Shown here: piece after piece, positions 58,312 through 64,000 of the stretch | Layout of the letters: every line of letters starts with the position of its first letter | How positions within the stretch are numbered: the stretch's first letter is position 1 | NCBI GenBank assembly: GCA_002238505.1 | Contig: MPMM01000019.1 | Coordinates: 1,790-65,789 of the forward strand | Length of the DNA stretch: 64,000 nucleotides | Source: SAR202 cluster bacterium bin22 | GTDB taxonomy: Bacteria > Chloroflexota > Dehalococcoidia > Lucifugimonadales > UBA3495 | Reading direction: 5' to 3' | Translations under genes and position numbers: made by a program | Notes under the pieces: model-generated | Databases searched by the model: none | Told to the model about the DNA's origin: nothing | What the model saw: the letters and a program-made list of their open reading frames with translations, nothing else

Positions 58312-59121
58312 GTGCAACGCCCTCGCAAGAATATTTCAATTGAACGCATCCAGAAAATAAGAGACCAGATTTACGGACTGCAAGGCCTTAGATGGAGCGA
58401 CCCTGCATTCAAGAAATGGCACAGGGATGCCTGCGTAGCGGTCACAAATACCTTCGGAGATTCTTCCAACCACATTTGTGACTTCGACGCAATCCAATAT
58501 TCTCTACGCGGGCTAAGTAGTCTAACCACTGACCGTGATTTTCAAGAAGCATATGAGGATGGATTAAGAACTGCGGAAGCCGTCCTTAATTCGATGATAG
58601 ATGAAATTGAAGAGTATTGGGAGGATGCCTCCACAGGAACTACTCCGGCAACTACTGGAGAGCAAAGCCAAGAGGTTGTAACCAACGAGATTTTCCTCAT
58701 CCACGGAAGAGATATTGGGGCTAGAGAAACCGTGGCCAGATTCCTGGACACTTTAGGAATTAAGGCGACCATCCTGCAAGAGCAGCCAGACGAAAGCCAA
58801 ACAATTATCGAAAAGTTTGAGCGCTATACGGAGGTCGATTTCGCGTTGGCCTTGTTCACACCTGACGATGTAGGAGGTCTCGAAGATAATGCTCTAAAAC
58901 CAAGAAGTCGGCAGAACGTCATTTTTGAGTTCGGCTATTTCATAGGAAAATACGGACGCAATAGAGTAAGAGCCTTGGTAAAGGGTAATATTGAGATACC
59001 TTCGGACTATTCCGGAGTTCTTTACATTCAGTTTGATGAGTCGGGGCGGTGGAAAATGGACCTCATAAGGGAGTTGAAAAGTGCGGGGTTCGAGATTGAT
59101 GCTAACAGAGCTTTCGAATGA
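58312..59121 (+). CDS. Predicted nucleotide-binding protein with TIR-like domain (CAP12/PycTIR-type TIR)
   Basis: IFLIHGRD, TIIEKFE, FTPDDVG, RSRQNVIFEFGYFIG and IPSDYSGVLY. Clearly lower GC than the flanks. Start is GTG 58312 or TTG 58240. Confidence 0.85.
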   Translation: MQRPRKNISIERIQKIRDQIYGLQGLRWSDPAFKKWHRDACVAVTNTFGDSSNHICDFDAIQYSLRGLSSLTTDRDFQEAYEDGLRTAEAVLNSMIDEIEEYWEDASTGTTPATTGEQSQEVVTNEIFLIHGRDIGARETVARFLDTLGIKATILQEQPDESQTIIEKFERYTEVDFALALFTPDDVGGLEDNALKPRSRQNVIFEFGYFIGKYGRNRVRALVKGNIEIPSDYSGVLYIQFDESGRWKMDLIRELKSAGFEIDANRAFE

Positions 59122-59139
59122 GGTTGCTTGGTGACATAT

Positions 59140-59388
59140 TCACTTAGTGGAAACTCTTACGAGATACTCGGACGGAGCAAGGCTTGCTCCTTCGTCAGCT
59201 TCAGGAACTAGCCTCCCCTCCCCCACCATCTCCTCAACCACCATCTCAAGAACTTCTTCGATGAACCGTTTGGCCTCCTCTTTGTTTCTACCCCAAGTGG
59301 CGGCACCGTAGCTTTCCAGTTCAGGGCAGCGGACAAACCAACCGTCCTCATCGGGGGTAAGCATCACTTTGAGGGTGTAGGTCTTCAT
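59140..59388 (-). CDS. HicB-like antitoxin (orphan)
   Basis: DEDGWFVRCPEL...ATWGRNKEEA is the HicB N-terminal pattern. No adjacent hicA. Confidence 0.75.
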   Translation of the reverse strand: MKTYTLKVMLTPDEDGWFVRCPELESYGAATWGRNKEEAKRFIEEVLEMVVEEMVGEGRLVPEADEGASLAPSEYLVRVSTK

Positions 59389-59470
59389 TATTCCAGCCGG
59401 CTAAGTAGTTAGGCGACGAGAATACATAGCCCCGCGTTACTAAGGGATTACCCACTCAACTGCCAATGCA

Positions 59471-60337
59471 TCACCCGCCCTTCCCCAGCAACGCCTCCGG
59501 CACCCCTGCCAGCAGTGACTCAACCCTCGGCAGCATTTCCTGGTGCGAGAGGTTGAGGTGGAGGGGAGTTATGGAGATGCGGTTGTTCTTGGTGGCGTTC
59601 ATGTCGGTGCCCTCGCCGTTGTCGGCCATTACCGGGCGGTTGCGGGCGATCCAGTACCGCTTCTGGTGGCCCGTGCCCTCTTCCCGCACCGACTCGCCGT
59701 AGGAGCGGCCTCCGGGGCGGGTGATTTCCACGCCGGTAACCTGGTCTGGGGCCAGGCTGGGCACGTTTATGTTCAGCAGGAAGCCATCCCGTTTGCCATT
59801 CGAGTTATCTTCCTGGTTAAGCTTCTGGGCCATGAGACGCAGCAGGGAAGCGGCGCCGTCAAAGCGGGGGTTCTGCACCGACCCCACCGATATGGCAATG
59901 GTAGGGTAGCCCCGGAAGTAGCCCTGGAAGGCCGCGCCCACGGTGCCGGAGACCATGACGTCCCAGCCCAGGTTTGAGCCCCGGTTGATGCCGGACACCA
60001 CCAGGTCCACCGGCCCCACCAGCTTTTCCAGGCCCAGAATGCAACTGTCCCCGGGCGTTCCCTCCACCGAGAAGGCGGTAACCCGGTGGCGTATCTCCGC
60101 CTGCGGATCATCGGGGGATGCGGCCTCCTCGTTGGCGGCGGCGCTCAATCGCTCCAGGGCCGGTATTTCCAGGGAACGGGCCACCACTGGCGCATGCAGG
60201 GTCAGGGAGGCGCCCACACCGCTCTGCTCCCGGTCCGGGGCCACCACGCAGACCTCTCCCACCTGGGACAAGGCCTGGGCCGCCGCCCACAGCCCCGGGG
60301 CATGAATTCCATCGTCGTTAGTAAGCAATATCTTCAG
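59471..60337 (-). CDS. surE: 5'/3'-nucleotidase SurE
   Basis: KILLTNDDG, APDREQSG, GTPGD, VVSGINRGSN and SGTVGAA. Probable CTG start at 60337. Confidence 0.93.
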   Translation of the reverse strand: MKILLTNDDGIHAPGLWAAAQALSQVGEVCVVAPDREQSGVGASLTLHAPVVARSLEIPALERLSAAANEEAASPDDPQAEIRHRVTAFSVEGTPGDSCILGLEKLVGPVDLVVSGINRGSNLGWDVMVSGTVGAAFQGYFRGYPTIAISVGSVQNPRFDGAASLLRLMAQKLNQEDNSNGKRDGFLLNINVPSLAPDQVTGVEITRPGGRSYGESVREEGTGHQKRYWIARNRPVMADNGEGTDMNATKNNRISITPLHLNLSHQEMLPRVESLLAGVPEALLGKGG

Positions 60338-60370
60338 GGTAATCTCTCCTTCGACTTTCTATCCCATTTC

Positions 60371-60464
60371 TATCCACGAATGTACACGAATGTACACGAG
60401 CAGCCACAAATGTTTCACTGCCTTTATTCTTCCATTGGTGAACTTTCGTGTCCACTCGTGGATA
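60371..60464. repeat. Inverted-repeat element built from CACGAATGTA decamers
   Basis: TATCCACGAATGTACACGAATGTACACGA ... TCGTGTCCACTCGTGGATA. Confidence 0.7.
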
Positions 60465-60532
60465 AATCAGTTACGGGGCGGGTTTTTGGCCCGCCCCGTG
60501 TTTTGGTGTCCTGTCCTGTCGTTCTCCCAGGT

Positions 60533-61471
60533 CTAGTGGTGGGCCAGGCCTATGGCGTGGAGCATGGCGTGCTTGACTTCCACCGGCGCGATGGCCCGGC
60601 GGTAGTCCGCCGACGCGAAGATGTCGCCGATGATTTCGTCGCCCAAGTCGTTGGCCAGCTGGTTGGCCGCCTCCTCTAGGTTGCTGGCGGTCAATTCCTG
60701 GCCGGCCAGGGCCGCTTCCACCGAAGGCGCTCGCCTGGGGGTGGGCACCAGGCCGCCCACGGCCACCCGGGCCGATACGCACCGTCCGCCCTCGGCGTTG
60801 ATAACCACCGCGCCGCCGATTACCGGGTAGAAGGACGCGGGGTGAGACATTTTTGCGTACTCGCCCACCTCGCCGTTGATGCTTTCCGCGCCGTGGTCGT
60901 GACCGTGCCCATGGTCATGACCGTGGTCGTGCCCGTGGCCCTGGCGGACCAGGGTGGGCACCCGAATGCCGGTGATGATTTCGTTGTCCGCCACGGCGGT
61001 GACAAAGGCGCCCTGGAAGAAGTCCCCGATGGCGATGGTGCGGGAACCATTGGGTCCCTGCACCTCGACGCTGCCATCCATCACCGTGAGAATGGTCCCC
61101 CAGTCGGAGGCAGGGTCGGCGTGGGCAATGTTGCCGCCGATGGTGCCCCGGTTCCGCACCTGCGGGTCTCCGATGCCTCCGGCGACTTCCGCCACCAGGG
61201 AATTGGCATGCTCCAGGTCGTGGGATCGGGCAATCTCCCCGTGGGTCGTCAGCGCCCCGATATGGATATCGTCGTCGTGGACGCGGATGCCTTTCAGGTC
61301 ATCCAGCCCGCCAATGTCTATCAGGGTGGCGGGACGGGCCAGGCGCAGCCGCATCAGGGGCAGCAGGCTGTGTCCGCCGGCCAATAGCCGGGAGTCCTCG
61401 TGGTGGCCAAGCATTTCGATGGCCTCGGCCACCGAGCCGGCTTTGTGGTAGTGAAAATCGGGTGTGTACAT
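60533..61471 (-). CDS. coxM: Xanthine dehydrogenase/CO dehydrogenase family FAD subunit (CoxM-like) with His-rich insert
   Basis: LLAGGHSLLP, IGALTTH, PQVRNRGTIGGNIAHADPASD and ASADYRR. Confidence 0.9.
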   Translation of the reverse strand: MYTPDFHYHKAGSVAEAIEMLGHHEDSRLLAGGHSLLPLMRLRLARPATLIDIGGLDDLKGIRVHDDDIHIGALTTHGEIARSHDLEHANSLVAEVAGGIGDPQVRNRGTIGGNIAHADPASDWGTILTVMDGSVEVQGPNGSRTIAIGDFFQGAFVTAVADNEIITGIRVPTLVRQGHGHDHGHDHGHGHDHGAESINGEVGEYAKMSHPASFYPVIGGAVVINAEGGRCVSARVAVGGLVPTPRRAPSVEAALAGQELTASNLEEAANQLANDLGDEIIGDIFASADYRRAIAPVEVKHAMLHAIGLAHH

Positions 61472-61493
61472 TTAATGTTCCTCCCTGGCCCGG

Positions 61494-64000
61494 CTAATGT
61501 CCGTGTCCGTGGTCATGACCATGCCCGTGAGCATCACCGTGGTCGTGGTCGTGGCCGTGGTCGTGGCCGTGGTCGTGGTGGCCGTGGGCCTGGTGGACGC
61601 CGGCTTCCTGGATGGCGCGCCAGACGCGCTCGGGGGTGAGGGGCATTTCCAGGCGGGTTACGCCCAGGGGGCGGAGGGCGTCGATGACGGCGTTGTAGAT
61701 GGTCACGGTGGAGGCGATGGTGCCGGTCTCGCCGATGCCCTTGACGCCCAGGGGATTGTGGGGCGACGGCGTCACCGTGGAAAGAGTCTCGATGTCGGGC
61801 ACCAGGTGGGCCCGGGGCAGCGCGTAGTCCAGCATGGAACCGGTCAGCAGCTGGCCATTATCGTCATAGACCGCGCCCTCCCAGAGAGCCTGTCCCGCGC
61901 CCTGGACCACGCCGCCGTGAACCTGGCCCTCGACAATCATGGGATTAATCTGGGGTCCGCAGTCATCCACCGCCACGTAGCGTTCCAGGACAACGTGGCC
62001 GTTGTCGGGGTCCACGCTGACCACCGCCACGTGAGCGCCGAAGGGATAGGAGAAATTGGGCGGGTCGTAGAAAGTCGTCGCCTCCAGGCCGGGCTCCATC
62101 CCCTCGGGCATATTCCAGGCCACATTGGCCATCAGGGCGATATCCTGGATCGTCTTGCCGTTGTCGGGAGCGCCGCGAACGAAGAAATTGCCGTCCTCGT
62201 ACTCGATATCGGCCTCGGCGGCCTCGAGCAGGTGGGCGGCCAGGGTGATGGCCTTGGCCTTGATTTTGCGGGCGCTGAGGGCGAGGGCGCCGCCGCCGAC
62301 CACCGTGGTGCGGCTGCCGTAGGTGCCCCAGCCCATGGGCGTGGTATCGGTGTCGCCGTGGACCACCTCCACATCGTCCACCGGAACGCCCAGCTCATCG
62401 GACATAATCTGGGCGAAAGTGGTTTCCTCGCCCTGGCCGTGGGGGGACGTGCCGATGAAGACATTGACCTTGCCGGTGGCGTAGAAGCGCACCGTGGCGC
62501 TCTCCCACAATCCGCCGCCGAAGCCAACGGCCCCCGCCACCTGGGAGGGGCCCAGGCCGCAGATTTCGCAGTAAACGCTGACGCCGATGCCGGTCAGATT
62601 GCCGCGCTCCCGGGCGTGGGCCTGGTCGTGGCGAAGCTGGTCGTAGTTGACGTGGTCCAGGGCCAGGTTGAGGGCGCCCTCATAGTCGCCGCTGTCGTAA
62701 GTCAGGCCGATGGCCACGTCATGGCCGTCCTCGAACCTGGGGATCAGGTTCATCCGGCGGACCTCCACCGGGTCCTTGCCCACCTCGGCGGCCACCAGGT
62801 CCATCAGGCGTTCCAGGAGGAAAGTGGCCTCGGGGCGACCGGCGCCGCGGTAGGCCTCCACGGGGGTGGAGTTGGTGAAGCAGCCGTAGATGTCGGCCTT
62901 GATATTGGCGATGTCGTAGGGGCCGGAGTACATGAGGCCGTGGAGGATGGTGGGGATGCCGGGGGCGGCGGTGGAGAGATAGGCGCCCATGCCGGCGTAA
63001 ACCACGCTGCGGACGGCGGTTACCCGGCCGTCACTGTTGGCGGCCATCTCCACATACTCGACGTGGTCGCGGCCGTGGGTGCTGGAGACGTAGTTCTCGG
63101 AGCGGGTTTCGGTCCACTTGACGGGGCGGCCCAGTTTCATGGCGCAGAAGGCGGTGATCATATCCCAGGGATAGACGGCAATCTTGGCGCCGAAGCCGCC
63201 GCCCACCTCCGGGGCGATTATCCGAATCTTGTGTTCTGGTATTCCCGTCACCAGGCAGGTCACGAAGCGAGCGATGTGGGGATTCTGGGTGGTGTTCCAG
63301 ATTGTCAGTTCGCCGTTGAAGCCGCCCTCACCCCCGGCCCCTCTCCCAGAGGGAGAGGGGAGGTAGGTGGCTATGGCGGAGCGGGGCTCCATGGCGTTGG
63401 GAATCAGCTTCTGCTGGATAATGGTGTCGCGCACCACCACGTCGGCGTTGGCGAAGGCATCGTCGACGGCTTCCGGGGACGGGCCAGCGGCCACCCAGTG
63501 AAAAGCCTGGTTGCCGGGGGCACCGGTATCGGGGTCCGGGTGCAGCTGGGGCGCGCCCTCCTGAAGGGCGGCCTCGGGGTTGATAACCGTGGGCAGGGGA
63601 TCGTAGTCCACGGTGATGAGTTCCAGGGCGTCCTCGGCCTGGTAGCGGTCTTCGGCCACCACCACGGCCACGGCGTCGCCGACGTAGCGGACCACATCGG
63701 TGGCGATGGCCGGGTAGGGGACGGCCCTGACGTCGGAGTCGGGGATTACCCAGGCGCAGGGAATGGGGTTCAGGACACCCTCGGTGTCGGCGCCGGTATA
63801 GACGGCGATGACGCCGGGGGCCGCCGCGGCGGCGGCGGGGGCGGTGCGGGTGATGCGGGCGGGGGCGTGGGGGCGGGGGCGGTGTCGATGCGGTTGATGC
63901 GGGCGTGGCCGTGGGGGCTGCGCAGGATGGCGGCGTGAAGCAGGCCCGCCAGCTTGATGTCATCAGTGTAAGAAGCCTGGCCGGTAATCAGGCGGGGGTC
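61494..64000 (-). CDS. coxL: Form II CoxL-like molybdopterin large subunit, 5'-partial, with apparent frameshift near 63830-63885
   Basis: DPRLITG...LRSPHGHARI is in one frame; VRYVGD, VGGGFGAK, AYRGAGRPE, GQGEET and GVKGIGE are in another. His-rich C-terminal tail. Confidence 0.9.
63325..63360 (-). repeat. Intergenic-type palindromic repeat inserted in-frame in coxL
   Basis: The reverse complement matches 51445-51480 at 34/36 nt and encodes PSPSGRGAGGEG. Confidence 0.85.

Noticed and set aside
58312-59121. Complete CBASS or Pycsar system
   Set aside because: No CD-NTase or cyclase gene is adjacent, and no STING or cNMP-binding domain was recognised.
62830-62860. Form I (bona fide Cu-Mo) CO dehydrogenase
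   Set aside because: The active-site loop is AYRGAGR rather than AYxCSFR, and the L-then-M order fits form II. CO oxidation cannot be claimed.
61497-63938. 813-aa plus-strand ORF and similar long antisense ORFs (e.g. 10151-11431, 14411-15469, 41969-43156, 47379-48563)
   Set aside because: These are shadows of well-supported genes on the opposite strand, expected with strong GC3 bias, and they carry no motifs.

Overview
A GC-rich bacterial window, most consistent with a Chloroflexota (Dehalococcoidia/SAR202-like) genome; this is inferred from the Pro/Thr- and VEV-linker lipoproteins, the catabolic paralogs and the polX-rpsA-pyrG-tal-rho block. It holds about 50 CDSs. There are two convergent Dpp/Opp-type ABC operons flanking a catabolic cluster (amidohydrolase, aspartate-dehydrogenase-like, VOC, MFS, MmgE/PrpD). 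It also has a FtsX/LolD-type ABC pair, a VapBC pair, an ERG4/ERG24-like sterol reductase, a penicillin-acylase-family hydrolase, a Zn-ribbon DEAD-box helicase, a two-component system with a lipoprotein, a thiolase-like/DUF35 pair, a low-GC TIR + HicB islet, surE and a form II coxL-coxM pair. No rRNA, tRNA, CRISPR array or transposase was seen. The main finding is a stand-alone, signal-peptide-less NMT1/THI5-like protein (14318-15241, minus). It is interrupted by one in-frame TGA followed by a SECIS-like hairpin, so it is a candidate new selenoprotein. Other notable items: an intergenic palindromic repeat inserted in-frame inside coxL, His-rich tracts in both CoxL and CoxM, several MITE-like elements enclosing different palindromic cores, a helicase bracketed by a duplicated gene end, and a probable CTG start for surE. 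All calls come from manual motif reading; no database searches were run.
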